Shown: positions 48,857 through 59,285, numbered from the stretch's first letter. The stretch: DNA of 64,000 bases from Bacilli bacterium (GCA_017409785.1 JAFQSD010000002.1:162597-226596); one strand, 5' to 3'. The notes: generated by a model not told the origin, from the letters alone. A program made the numbers and translations.

Positions 48857-50320
48857 CTAATAAGCAATCTCTAGAAGTTTTTTTGAAACTCTTGCTTGAA
48901 CTTTTGCATAATACGCTGCTTCTACAGAATTTAAACTATCATCTTCCCACTTTTCAAAAGATTTAACTGCCTTTGCATATTTGCTCATGTATGTACCATA
49001 ATCTTTTAGCAATTCAACATCAGTACCATCAGACTTAGAATATTTCTCCATAAAACTAATATACTCATTCATAAATTCTTCATAATTGTCCATAGCTTCC
49101 TTAAACTCTTTTCTCATACCATCTACCATATTAGAAGAATTTTCATTTTTAGTTTCTTTTTTAGACTCTTTTTCAGGAATGACATCTTCGTCATCTTCAT
49201 CATAATCTTCTGGAACATTTAATGCAATTTCAATAACATTTGCACCAGAATATCTTACTGTTAGTTTATAACCATCTTTATTTTCTGCGGAATAATATTT
49301 TTTATCTTTACTATAATCAACCATGAATCCCTTATCTTCACAATCCTCTACATAATCACTATAGTCATCAATAGTCATATTTCCAATATATACAATAAAT
49401 GTTTCACTATTATTCCAAGAAATATTTCCTAAGTTTGATTTTGGCTTAGGGAGTTTACTACCAAGTCCACTCTTTGGCCATTCAATTTCTTCCATTTTTT
49501 TAGGAGCTTCCAAAGTAATATCCATTGTTTTTCCATCTTCATCATAATCACTAAATAAAATTCTAATTGAATATCCTTCTTTATTAAATGCACCATATAC
49601 ATCATCCCATTCTTCATATTCAAGATCTATTGTATACCCAGCAGCAATTACTTTATTAACATAAGTTTTATACTCTTTTTTTGTAATATCATAAATCTCA
49701 ATAGATAACATATCTTTGCTATCAACACTAATTACTCCATACAACTTATCTGGTACTGGAAAATAATCTATTAATTCTACATCAGAAACATCTAATTTAG
49801 TTGGTTTTTCATTATATGACGTAGTATCTCCATTTGTAGTAATTATAGGTATAATAAGTACAAAACCTAAAATAGCTAAAATTATTTTTAATCCTTTAAA
49901 TGGTTCCTTTAAAATCTTCATTCCCATTAACCAAGCACTTATAAATGCTATTGCTTGAATTAAAGTTAAAAATTTTGTTAAAAATCCAGTACATACAAAG
50001 AAAAATAAAACTGCTATTGCAAAGAATACTAATAATACTTTACTAAACTTCCCCTTTTTAAAATTTTCAACCGAATTTAATTCTTCTTTTACTTTCTTTT
50101 CTTTTACTTCTTGTTCTAAAATATCATTTCTTTCTTTTAATGCTTGTTCGTGATTATCTTTACGAGCCTTTAATTTGGCATCCTCTACTCTTTTAATTTT
50201 TGTTGCCTCATCATCTATTAGTATCTCAGCACCACAATAATTACATGTTATTTTTTCTAGATTTTTGTTTGCATCTAAAGTAGCACCACAATTTTCACAT
50301 TTCAATTTTACTAATTTCAT
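48857..50320 (-). CDS. Membrane protein with two N-terminal zinc ribbons, two to three TM helices and an acidic C-terminal domain.
   Basis: CENCG…CNYCG is a double CxxC. The TM helices are LLVFFAIAVLFFFVCTGFL and IILAILGFVLIIPIIT. Confidence 0.5.
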   Translation of the reverse strand: MKLVKLKCENCGATLDANKNLEKITCNYCGAEILIDDEATKIKRVEDAKLKARKDNHEQALKERNDILEQEVKEKKVKEELNSVENFKKGKFSKVLLVFFAIAVLFFFVCTGFLTKFLTLIQAIAFISAWLMGMKILKEPFKGLKIILAILGFVLIIPIITTNGDTTSYNEKPTKLDVSDVELIDYFPVPDKLYGVISVDSKDMLSIEIYDITKKEYKTYVNKVIAAGYTIDLEYEEWDDVYGAFNKEGYSIRILFSDYDEDGKTMDITLEAPKKMEEIEWPKSGLGSKLPKPKSNLGNISWNNSETFIVYIGNMTIDDYSDYVEDCEDKGFMVDYSKDKKYYSAENKDGYKLTVRYSGANVIEIALNVPEDYDEDDEDVIPEKESKKETKNENSSNMVDGMRKEFKEAMDNYEEFMNEYISFMEKYSKSDGTDVELLKDYGTYMSKYAKAVKSFEKWEDDSLNSVEAAYYAKVQARVSKKLLEIAY

Positions 50321-50390
50321 AACTACACCTCTCTTACAAAACGTTATTTAATACACTAATTATACCACTAACTTTCCCAAAACAAAAACA

Positions 50391-50440
50391 ACTTTCCCGA
50401 ACCACCCCATTTACTTCCTTGAATAGCACTTCAAGTACAT
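50391..50440. repeat. Copy B of the TTTACTTCCTTGAAT element.
   Basis: actttcccgaaccaccccATTTACTTCCTTGAATaGcACTTcAAgtac. Confidence 0.55.
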
Positions 50441-50605
50441 AAATCCACTAAAAAGAGAAAAATCCCTTACTTTTCTCTTTCTCTTCTTCTTACTCCTCTT
50501 CCCATTCCTCATTACTAAATAAATTAATCTTCCTATCCCCTTTAACAACAATAACCTCTTCTTTAGTACAAAGAATATCATCTACATACTTTTTCAGTAT
50601 ATTTG

Positions 50606-50672
50606 GGGAACTAGTTAGGGATATCATTTTAAAAGTTACAATTGTACCCTAGTTAGTAAATTACTTAACTAT
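50606..50672. repeat. Copy 2 of the CTAGTTAG…TTGTACCCTAGTTA…TTACYTAAC element.
   Basis: aaCTAGTTAGgGATATCATTttaaaagttacaatTGTACCCTAGTTAgtaaaTTACtTAAC. Confidence 0.6.
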
Positions 50673-50717
50673 AACAATAAACAAATATAGTATAATATTG
50701 TTAGTGGAGGAATTTAT

Positions 50718-51995
50718 ATGAAACTTAGAATTGGAGAAATATTCAGATTATCAAACGATTATAGTACAGATACACAAGAATTTATTGATGGAGTTAAAAA
50801 TTTTATATATTATACAAAATCAAAAAACATTGAATCAACATTCAGATTTGAAAGAGGAATACATAAAACCAAAAAGATCGATGCTATTGATTTTGATAGA
50901 AACCCTATAATAATAGTATCAAGCTCTCCACACAAAGCTGGAACAGATAATACACCATGGAAAGACAGATATGATCCAGATAACGGAACAGTAATATACT
51001 ATGGTGATTGTAAAAGTAATGAAACAAATCCAGCGGATGCAAGTGGAAATAAAATATTAATGAAAGAATGGGAAAATCATAGTTCAAATGATACAAAAAA
51101 AAGAGAAAAGGCAACTCCTATCGTTTTTTTTGAAAGAATAAAAATGGGATACTTACAATTTCATGGTATTGGAGTATTAGAAAAAGTAAGTCTTATTACA
51201 CAAAAAGGAAAAGAAAATGAATTTACTAATTTTGAATTTGAGTTCTGCATATTAGACTTATCAAGAGAAAATAATTTACTTGATTGGGAATGGATATCTG
51301 ATAGATGTGATAAAGAGAAAAATATTACTGAAGCAAACCAAAAAGCTCCTAATTCATGGAAATATTGGATAAAAAATGGTAACGATAAAATTGAAAAAAT
51401 AAGAAGACATGTTTTAAAATCTAAAATAGTAAAAGAAAAAGAGCAAAAAATTCCTAATGGTTCTTTTGAAGAAAAAATATTAAAAAAAATTGAAAATCAT
51501 TATAAAGGAAAAGAACTAAAATTCGAATTGTTCGCATTACAGATAACGCAATTCTTTTTCGCAGATAATAATATCAAATATTTAGATGGATACATTACAA
51601 AAGGCTCAGGAGATAAAGGAATAGATTTTATATCTAGAATTGATATTGGACAAGATATTTCAGGAATAAAATTAATTGTAATCGGACAAGCAAAATGCCA
51701 AAATAGTACTATTAGTAGCAAAGATATAGCAAGAACTATTGCAAAATTAAAAAGAAACTATGTAGGAGTATTTGTGACCAATTCGACGTTTTCACAACAA
51801 ACACAAGAAGAAATCCTGGAAGATCAATATCCATTAATTATGATAAACGGAAAGAAAATAGCAGAATTAACAAATAAATATATTCTTGGTAGTTCTAAAG
51901 ATTTAAATAAACTACAAGAGTATCTCAATAATCTTGACGTACAATATGAAACATATAAAAGTAATATTAGACCAGATGATATAATATATAAATAA
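50718..51995 (+). CDS. Mrr-catalytic-domain restriction endonuclease with an N-terminal ~250-aa putative modified-DNA sensor domain (type IV-like).
   Basis: The C-terminus GDKGIDFISRIDIG…LIVIGQAKCQ…GVFVTNSTFS matches the Mrr_cat PD-(D/E)XK pattern (GxxGxD…GQxK). The N-terminal domain is uncharacterised. Confidence 0.6.
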   Translation: MKLRIGEIFRLSNDYSTDTQEFIDGVKNFIYYTKSKNIESTFRFERGIHKTKKIDAIDFDRNPIIIVSSSPHKAGTDNTPWKDRYDPDNGTVIYYGDCKSNETNPADASGNKILMKEWENHSSNDTKKREKATPIVFFERIKMGYLQFHGIGVLEKVSLITQKGKENEFTNFEFEFCILDLSRENNLLDWEWISDRCDKEKNITEANQKAPNSWKYWIKNGNDKIEKIRRHVLKSKIVKEKEQKIPNGSFEEKILKKIENHYKGKELKFELFALQITQFFFADNNIKYLDGYITKGSGDKGIDFISRIDIGQDISGIKLIVIGQAKCQNSTISSKDIARTIAKLKRNYVGVFVTNSTFSQQTQEEILEDQYPLIMINGKKIAELTNKYILGSSKDLNKLQEYLNNLDVQYETYKSNIRPDDIIYK

Positions 51996-52021
51996 AAAAG
52001 AAAATTTTAAAATTTTCTTTT
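51996..52021. terminator. Bidirectional terminator.
   Basis: Hairpin aaagaaaattttaaaattttcttt. Confidence 0.55.
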
Positions 52022-54115
52022 TTATTTTATACCATTTTCTTCTAATTTTTGTTTAATCTCAAAAATAATTCTTGTTTGAGCTGGAGACATTCCCATTACA
52101 AGACCATTACAATATTTAATAGCAAAATCAATAAATTCAATGTCCTTACCATTGACAATTCCTTGTTCAATACCTATTTTTTTTACTCTATTCCAATATT
52201 CAGTCCCTAACTGAAATATCTCAACTTCTTGCATTACTGAATTATTAAGTTTTTCATCTTTTTTTGCACTAAGCGCTTCAATCTTTTTTTCTTCTTTAGA
52301 AATCAAAGAGTCTAAAGTCTCCTCTGATAATGTATAATTTTTGTCTTTTATAGTAAGCCAACAATCCTTTCTCTTAGTGTACTCGCCAATATTATTAAAT
52401 GTTCTATTTGGATCATTAAATGAATCAAAACATAATTTTGATATATTAATTATTTCGTCAATTAAATATTTCGGAACACTTTGTTTATCCCAAATAGTCT
52501 TATAATCTAATTCCATATTGCCATTTTTCTTTACCTCATATATTAATTTTGAAAATGAATATGTTACTAATTGTGCTCTGTATGCTTTATTCTCAATATA
52601 CCAATCTTGCTCTGAAATGACTTTTTCAATTGTTTTAAATAATATAGCCTTGGATATTAAATCCTTATAAAATAATTCATTAAACCTTAATTTATCTTTA
52701 TTCCATTGATTTTCAAGATCAGTTTGAAAATCAACTAAGTTAAGTTGAGCACCTTTAGAAACAGCATATGGTTTCATAGCTGCAGAGTTTAAATATTTTG
52801 CTAAATCTGTCTTAGTAAACTTTTGATTTTTAGGATTTAATTTAGTATATTTTTCTCTTTCAGCTTTTGACATGCTCATTTTAGGTTGATCATATTGACC
52901 TCTAGCCCTTTCAAAGAACCATAAAGTTTGATAAGGTTGATTATTAACAGGTGGTGCATATGTTTTTCGCGAAAATTCCTCCATTTTGACATAGAACGGA
53001 TGATTTGAATTTAAATCAGCAGCAGTTACTTTATTCTGACTATTTGCAAATTTAGAAATACTGTGAACAAATTCCGGATCATCTTCTTTAACAATAGTTA
53101 ATTTCATTTGTACATAAATATTATCTAGTGAAGCTTTATCTTTTATATCTGCTGACGCCAAAGATGCTGTTGTTTGACCACCATTTATAATTTGAAAATC
53201 ATTAAATTCTGTAATATATAATCCTTCATTTGGAACAATATCTGTTTTTATATCTTTAGCAATTGTAGAAATTCCATTATTGTAAGTAAAAAATTTATTT
53301 CGTTCATTTAATATAGTTCCACGAATTCCTTTATTGACAGCACCTTTTGCATTAAGAAAAGATCTAACGTTTGATTCAAGTAATCTTGGACCATATTTTT
53401 TGTAAATATCGCATAAAAATTTCCCAGGTACAATTGCTAAATAAGCTTCATATTCGCTAGTACCTATATCCGCCTTTATACATTGAATACCTTTAAATCC
53501 AAAATCGGATGTATTAATAACTACAGGTTCCTTTTTAAAATCTTTTAATCTAGAGTTATAAATCATTTGAATATCAATAACGTCTAATTCAACTTTAAAT
53601 TTTCTATTATTGTAAATAAAATCTGGAAAGTCTATTGTTTTAACCCGAGTACTTAATTTATTGGTTGATATTATTATTAAATGGATTTTATTAATAGAAT
53701 CAATATTATTTAAAATACTATATGCTAATTGAACAGCCTCATTACTATCTTCTGCATAAGCAAAGTATCCTTTTAAAACATTTTCAAAATAATTTATCAT
53801 TAATTGTGATTTTGAATTAATAAACTCATTTGTTATTGTTGAAACAGCATCTGGATTATAATCAGATATTAATAAATCAACAACGTTTGCCGGCAAATCT
53901 AAATATCCAGCGTCAATCTGCATGTTTTTAAAAGCTTTTGTTCCTTTATTAAAAGAATAAAAGCATTTTTCAAGCCCATTAATAATAGAAAAATCTTCTA
54001 TTAATGTGTCAGACATTTCATCTATAAACGCATCTGGTTGATGTTCACTGTTTTCTACAGCAGTTAAGTTTATTTCATTAATATAATCTTCTCTAAATTC
54101 TTCTAAACTAATCAT
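52022..54115 (-). CDS. AIPR-like (abortive-infection phage-resistance) protein, last gene of the methyltransferase-linked operon.
   Basis: At 697 aa it has the size of AIPR-family proteins. It is called from its position in a Z1/GHKL/Dcm operon. Its start overlaps the upstream stop (ATGA). Confidence 0.45.
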   Translation of the reverse strand: MISLEEFREDYINEINLTAVENSEHQPDAFIDEMSDTLIEDFSIINGLEKCFYSFNKGTKAFKNMQIDAGYLDLPANVVDLLISDYNPDAVSTITNEFINSKSQLMINYFENVLKGYFAYAEDSNEAVQLAYSILNNIDSINKIHLIIISTNKLSTRVKTIDFPDFIYNNRKFKVELDVIDIQMIYNSRLKDFKKEPVVINTSDFGFKGIQCIKADIGTSEYEAYLAIVPGKFLCDIYKKYGPRLLESNVRSFLNAKGAVNKGIRGTILNERNKFFTYNNGISTIAKDIKTDIVPNEGLYITEFNDFQIINGGQTTASLASADIKDKASLDNIYVQMKLTIVKEDDPEFVHSISKFANSQNKVTAADLNSNHPFYVKMEEFSRKTYAPPVNNQPYQTLWFFERARGQYDQPKMSMSKAEREKYTKLNPKNQKFTKTDLAKYLNSAAMKPYAVSKGAQLNLVDFQTDLENQWNKDKLRFNELFYKDLISKAILFKTIEKVISEQDWYIENKAYRAQLVTYSFSKLIYEVKKNGNMELDYKTIWDKQSVPKYLIDEIINISKLCFDSFNDPNRTFNNIGEYTKRKDCWLTIKDKNYTLSEETLDSLISKEEKKIEALSAKKDEKLNNSVMQEVEIFQLGTEYWNRVKKIGIEQGIVNGKDIEFIDFAIKYCNGLVMGMSPAQTRIIFEIKQKLEENGIK

Positions 54116-55071
54116 AATTCCTCCACTTTGAATCTATCAATACCAGAAAGATTAATAGTATATGTAACATTTTCTATTTCATTAAAGCTTATAGTACTCT
54201 TTGTTAATCTAGGAAAATTATTTGAAACTTCATACAAAATTATATTTTTCATATCATATCTTCTAGATCCGAAATTATTTTCAGGACCAACACCAGATTC
54301 TATTAATTTATTTAAAAAATCATCTTGAATTCTAATACTTGTTATTTCATTCATAATAACTTGAATTAAATCAAATATCGATGATAACTTTCCCTTATAT
54401 TCTGGGGACATTTTTTCAACTTTAACCACACTTAAATAGCCTGTTTTATTTGAATCTAATTGATTAATTGATCTTATTTCAATTGTTGTAGCATTAACAC
54501 TTGATGTTTTTAATTCATACCAGGTCTCATCCACAGAAAAATCTTTATTAAATTTATGTGGTCCAGCCCATGATGTAACTGCTACATCAACACCATATTT
54601 TGGCATCATATACTTATACAGAAAATATAATTCACCATATAAACCTTGTTCTTTTTCTTCAGATAATTCTTTAACAGAAACATTTTGAAACATTTTTTTC
54701 CAATTATAAAATCTCTTTTTCAAATAATTTAACTCCTGCTCTTCATCATTTAAATTACCTAGCGAATTAACTATATCAGAACAAAAAGTATAAAATAAAT
54801 TTGAAAAATTATTATTTTCTAAATCAAAACTTAACCAATTTAAATTTTCGTTATCTTTGTAATAACTAACACTAATCATTTTTGTAGATTCTATTTGTTC
54901 TGGTACTAATGTAGATAAAAAAGCTAGTCTTTTTTTTCCTTCCTTGGATAAGCCATAAAAGATTTTTACCTTGTTAGTACTTTCAACTTTCTTTAATATA
55001 TCACTAATTGAATTCAATTCTTTGAACTTGTCTTCAAAATTAATCTTCATTTGGATCATACTCCTCTTCAT
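54112..55071 (-). CDS. PD-(D/E)XK-like hypothetical protein of the methylase-linked operon.
   Basis: GELYFLYKYM…VDETWYELKTSS is a candidate E…D…ExK motif. The ORF-track start at 55077 is a TTG, and the first ATG is at 55071. Confidence 0.35.
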   Translation of the reverse strand: MKRSMIQMKINFEDKFKELNSISDILKKVESTNKVKIFYGLSKEGKKRLAFLSTLVPEQIESTKMISVSYYKDNENLNWLSFDLENNNFSNLFYTFCSDIVNSLGNLNDEEQELNYLKKRFYNWKKMFQNVSVKELSEEKEQGLYGELYFLYKYMMPKYGVDVAVTSWAGPHKFNKDFSVDETWYELKTSSVNATTIEIRSINQLDSNKTGYLSVVKVEKMSPEYKGKLSSIFDLIQVIMNEITSIRIQDDFLNKLIESGVGPENNFGSRRYDMKNIILYEVSNNFPRLTKSTISFNEIENVTYTINLSGIDRFKVEEL

Positions 55072-57838
55072 ATTCAAAATCTAACGATAATTGTTCTATT
55101 TTTACTTTATTTAAAACATATGTAACTCTTTCCTCGGTTTTAATTCCAGGAAAACCAAGTGCAATTCCAAACAATGGAGTTCCATAATTAAAATTTTGAA
55201 TTGCAGACATTTCATATTCATTAATAGATGCAACATCTTTCTTTTTTAGCCTAATAGGATATATAACCAATAAAGGTCTTCTATTTATATTTAAATAATC
55301 ACTTGCAATAAGATCTTTACCATTTCGGTTAGTCATATTAACTTTAGCTTGTGCAATTTGTTCTTCTGTCAAACCACTATTGAATATTCCTGGTTCATAT
55401 AATCTATTCTTATTACCAGATATTCTTATAATGCTATCTGAATCATTCATATCAAAAGAACGGCTAACTAATGGTATTTCATAATCTTCAACTTTCCAAA
55501 AACTATTTTCATTTTGATTTACCATAATATTTTGTGAACCAGTCGCAATAACTAAATCCCATTCCTGCATTGATACCGAATTTTTAATATAGTCCGATAA
55601 GCTTTCTGTATCAAAACTTTTATTTAAATATGGTAATTTAAATTTACTAACAAAATCCGCAATTAAACTTTTAGGAATTCTTTGGATCATTAATCTATTA
55701 TTAATTTCTGAGAATTTTAAGTCTTTTTCTTTTAAAACATTCAATAACAAATTAATTGTATTCTTATTATCCTCATTAATTTTTTTGTCATTATATATTT
55801 TAGAAGTATCAGTAGCCGAACCACTATAATTTAATGTAATAGTTTTAGCCTCTGTACTCCTCATTTTATTCTTAGCTGTAACATTCATCTTTTCATATTT
55901 TTCAAGTTCCTCACCACTTGATATAAACATTTGCATATTTAATCTTGCAGGAGATTGTTTAACCATCAATCCAAAATCTTCAGGAGTTTTATTTTCAATA
56001 TTCATTTGTTTAAATTGTGCTTTTAAATTAGAAACAGCATCAATTACATCTTCAAAATTATCAACATTTTCTTGTGTCATATAAATTCTACATAAATCTT
56101 CATAACCAGGTCTATAGCCAAACCAACGACACATTTGTAAAACAGTATCATAGGCATTAGCTTTTCTATTAAAATAGCTTATCATTAGTCCTTCTAAAGT
56201 TAATCCTCTTGATAAAATAAATCCTCCTATTGCAATAACTCTGGCACCCTCAGTTTCATAATCATCATAATTAAATCTATTTTTCTTATTATTATTATTT
56301 ACCACCGTAACGATAAATTGTTGAATTTCATCATTTAATCCTGCTTGAATCTGATCCCATGTGAATTCAGCTCTAATATCGGAGAAAAAATCATCATTAT
56401 ATTCTTCATACAAATCGTTCATATATGGGTCTCTAATAAAGCTATTAAAGTCTGATTTATATGTTTGCGAAATTGTATTTTTCATCAAATCTATATATTC
56501 ATTTATTTTATCAAATATTTTATATTGAATAGAATTAAATCTAGATATATTAATCATCATAGTTCTATGTTTAAATTTTTTTCCTCTTAATGTTCTTATA
56601 ACATTTACTAAAATAAAATCATTAATTGATTTTTTCAAACTATTTGGTAAAACAGAAAAAATATCATCATCTTTCTTATGCGTTAATAATAAGAAATTAT
56701 TTTCATGTGGATCAAGTATTTCAATATGCTCGTATTTTGATTCTTCAATACTTCCAACATTATTAAACACTTTATTTGCACCAAAATATGAAGATGGTTC
56801 CCTTAATTGAACAATAAAATCTGATGGAAATAAATCTTTATTTGCTTCATCATCATATGGATTAATAAAAATATTAGCAAATGGTGTAGCAGTAAACCCA
56901 ACATAAGAAGCAATAGTAAAATTATTAAATAAATCTCTTATTAACTTATTAATAATAGATGGATCTTCAGTATTTTTTGTATTAACAGACCCATTATCCG
57001 CTTCATCATCTATAATTAAAATATTTTCAGATGTTATACCATGAATTCCTGGTTTTAAGTAATCTTTAACTTGTGTTAAAACGCTTTTATTCTTCTTGAC
57101 AACTAATATTAATGGTTTATTAAAATCACTAGAATTAGTATTTTGATTTTCTCTTACTTCTTTCCCAAAATCAGAATTAACATTTGTCAAAGGAATAGCA
57201 TAATATTTATTTTCTTCCGCTCCAACTCCGACAAACTCAATATTCGAACTACTAATAGTGTCACTCTTTGCACCTATAAATCCAGAATCAACACGTTTTT
57301 GTGTTTGTTCTCTTAAAGAATCTGTCATTCCTGCTAATAAAACAATTACTTTATAACCATAATCAGCTGCCAAATTAATAAGCGCTGTGTAATTTGCAGT
57401 TTTTCCTGATTGAATATCACCCATTACTAACCCTTTTTTCTTTGAATTTTTTACGTCACTCAAATTATTTGGATCAGCACATCTCACTAATATATCATTT
57501 GTAGCTTTAGTCATTTTTTCAAGAGAATCTTCCGGAAAATCTTGCTCTCTTAAATAATCTATATATCTATCAAAATAATTTGCAGAAACATTTGAAGATT
57601 TCATCCAATTGTTAAAATCCTTATCTTTTACTAAAAACTCTGCATCCGGATTAACAATGCCAATATTTGTTATATATTCGTCATATATTTTATTCTTAAT
57701 ATCATCTTTGTTAGAATCTTTAAATATACTCATTTCTAAAACAATATCAATTGCTTCTCTAATTTTTTCGATTGATTTATTTTCTCCTCTTAAAAATTCT
57801 TTTAACATTCGATATGCTTTTTTTTCTAAATCAGACAT
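55040..57838 (-). CDS. Z1-domain P-loop ATPase.
   Basis: GDIQSGKTANYTALINLAADYGYKVIVLLAG is the Z1-type Walker A block. The start is trimmed to MSDLEKK, which is preceded by an aaagga RBS. There is an 8-nt overlap with the upstream GHKL gene. Confidence 0.65.
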   Translation of the reverse strand: MSDLEKKAYRMLKEFLRGENKSIEKIREAIDIVLEMSIFKDSNKDDIKNKIYDEYITNIGIVNPDAEFLVKDKDFNNWMKSSNVSANYFDRYIDYLREQDFPEDSLEKMTKATNDILVRCADPNNLSDVKNSKKKGLVMGDIQSGKTANYTALINLAADYGYKVIVLLAGMTDSLREQTQKRVDSGFIGAKSDTISSSNIEFVGVGAEENKYYAIPLTNVNSDFGKEVRENQNTNSSDFNKPLILVVKKNKSVLTQVKDYLKPGIHGITSENILIIDDEADNGSVNTKNTEDPSIINKLIRDLFNNFTIASYVGFTATPFANIFINPYDDEANKDLFPSDFIVQLREPSSYFGANKVFNNVGSIEESKYEHIEILDPHENNFLLLTHKKDDDIFSVLPNSLKKSINDFILVNVIRTLRGKKFKHRTMMINISRFNSIQYKIFDKINEYIDLMKNTISQTYKSDFNSFIRDPYMNDLYEEYNDDFFSDIRAEFTWDQIQAGLNDEIQQFIVTVVNNNNKKNRFNYDDYETEGARVIAIGGFILSRGLTLEGLMISYFNRKANAYDTVLQMCRWFGYRPGYEDLCRIYMTQENVDNFEDVIDAVSNLKAQFKQMNIENKTPEDFGLMVKQSPARLNMQMFISSGEELEKYEKMNVTAKNKMRSTEAKTITLNYSGSATDTSKIYNDKKINEDNKNTINLLLNVLKEKDLKFSEINNRLMIQRIPKSLIADFVSKFKLPYLNKSFDTESLSDYIKNSVSMQEWDLVIATGSQNIMVNQNENSFWKVEDYEIPLVSRSFDMNDSDSIIRISGNKNRLYEPGIFNSGLTEEQIAQAKVNMTNRNGKDLIASDYLNINRRPLLVIYPIRLKKKDVASINEYEMSAIQNFNYGTPLFGIALGFPGIKTEERVTYVLNKVKIEQLSLDFEYEEEYDPNED

Positions 57839-59285
57839 AAGCACCGATCCTTTCAATTATTAACTCCCTTTTATCGGAAATACTCTTATAAACATCAGTC
57901 TTTAATAATTCTTCTAAAATTGCTTCTTTTTTGCGATCTGGTATACATTCTAAATCTTTGCACACTTGTTCAATTAATTCTTCCTGAGAACTACTATCAC
58001 TATCATTAACTATTTTCAAATCATCTAAAGTATCATTTTGAATAGAATATTTTGGCAATCCCATTTCAATCTGAAATATAAATGAATCTAATAATTTTTT
58101 ATCATTTTCTGATAGATTCTCAGACAACAATTTATATATAGGATTGTCTTTGTTTAATTCATATTTAACAAATCCGTCTCTTAAATTAATTCTGTTCCAA
58201 ACTTTATCTTCAAATTGTTGTTCCTTTACACCTCTAAAACGAGTGGTTCTTTTACTCCTATGAACCGAATCTTCTAACGAAGCTTTGATTGAATCCTTAA
58301 TTTTATCAGGTATTTTTGCCGTAGATTTTTTTACATCCAAGCTCCATTCTTTATCCAATGTAGATGGAATTTCAATTTTAACACGAGCTAATTTGCTCAA
58401 TTCACTTCTAACATTCATATGAAGCCAACTACCCCAAATAATAAGGCGCTTATTTCTATATATATAAAATCCTTGTTCATCATAAATATTTGTATTTCCT
58501 AATAATTTTTTTTCCTCAATAGTTAATGTATTAGCAAATGGTAACGTATAGGGAGTAATTGTAATAATTGAACCATCCATATGAATAAAATCTGTTCTAC
58601 CAGTTTGTTGTCTTGGGGCTGAGTTAATTAAAAATGGATCTCTTTTTTCTATTCTATCATTATTAAAATAAATATTAACTGAATCATAATAATAATGGAA
58701 AACCAACTCCACATGCCTTTTAGCATCCGCGACAGCATTACGAAATGACGTCACGAAATTTGTTGCTAAAGCATCTAATTTATCAAATTCTTGCCAAATA
58801 ACTAGCGTACCTGTTTCGTATTTAGTTAATTGGTCATAACACGGCATTTTAACGAACTCTTCTTCAGTTAAAACTTCTAATCTCCAATCATTTTGTTCTT
58901 CAATATCATCTAAATCATAGCACATAGCATTTATACAACTTTTAGCTTTACTAATGACAGTCATTTTTCGACACTGAGATAACGAAGCTGATTTCAAACC
59001 TAATCCAAATCTTCCAAGATCCAATTCATTATCAATCTTTTGGCTTCTATCGGACCCAAAAGTCATAGCATTTTTTAATTCTTTATAATCCATACCTAAA
59101 CCATTATCTAAAATAGCAAAATAAGGTACATCTAAAGGATCAGCATAAATATTTATTTCTGTAGCTTTAGCCGTAATACTATTATCAATTATATCTGCTA
59201 CAGATGCAGCAAAACTATAGCCTATTGATCTAATCCCAGCAATTAACGATTTAGCTGGAGGAATTTGTATTATATATTGTCCCAT
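57831..59285 (-). CDS. GHKL-superfamily ATPase (HATPase_c_3, MutL/MORC-like).
   Basis: The Bergerat fold motifs are ADIIDNSITAKATEI (N-box), ILDNGLGM (G1) and GRFGLGLKSA (G2). Confidence 0.75.
   Translation of the reverse strand: MGQYIIQIPPAKSLIAGIRSIGYSFAASVADIIDNSITAKATEINIYADPLDVPYFAILDNGLGMDYKELKNAMTFGSDRSQKIDNELDLGRFGLGLKSASLSQCRKMTVISKAKSCINAMCYDLDDIEEQNDWRLEVLTEEEFVKMPCYDQLTKYETGTLVIWQEFDKLDALATNFVTSFRNAVADAKRHVELVFHYYYDSVNIYFNNDRIEKRDPFLINSAPRQQTGRTDFIHMDGSIITITPYTLPFANTLTIEEKKLLGNTNIYDEQGFYIYRNKRLIIWGSWLHMNVRSELSKLARVKIEIPSTLDKEWSLDVKKSTAKIPDKIKDSIKASLEDSVHRSKRTTRFRGVKEQQFEDKVWNRINLRDGFVKYELNKDNPIYKLLSENLSENDKKLLDSFIFQIEMGLPKYSIQNDTLDDLKIVNDSDSSSQEELIEQVCKDLECIPDRKKEAILEELLKTDVYKSISDKRELIIERIGAYV

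Noticed and set aside
50395-50567. 57-codon minus-strand ORF (MIFFVLKKRLLLLKGIGR…) in the B-repeat region.
   Set aside because: It is K/R-rich from an AG-rich template and has no RBS. It overlaps a conserved non-coding repeat and is likely non-coding.
49429-51721. Small nested ORFs 49429-49623, 50905-51114 and 51500-51721.
   Set aside because: They are embedded or antisense in larger genes and have no RBS.
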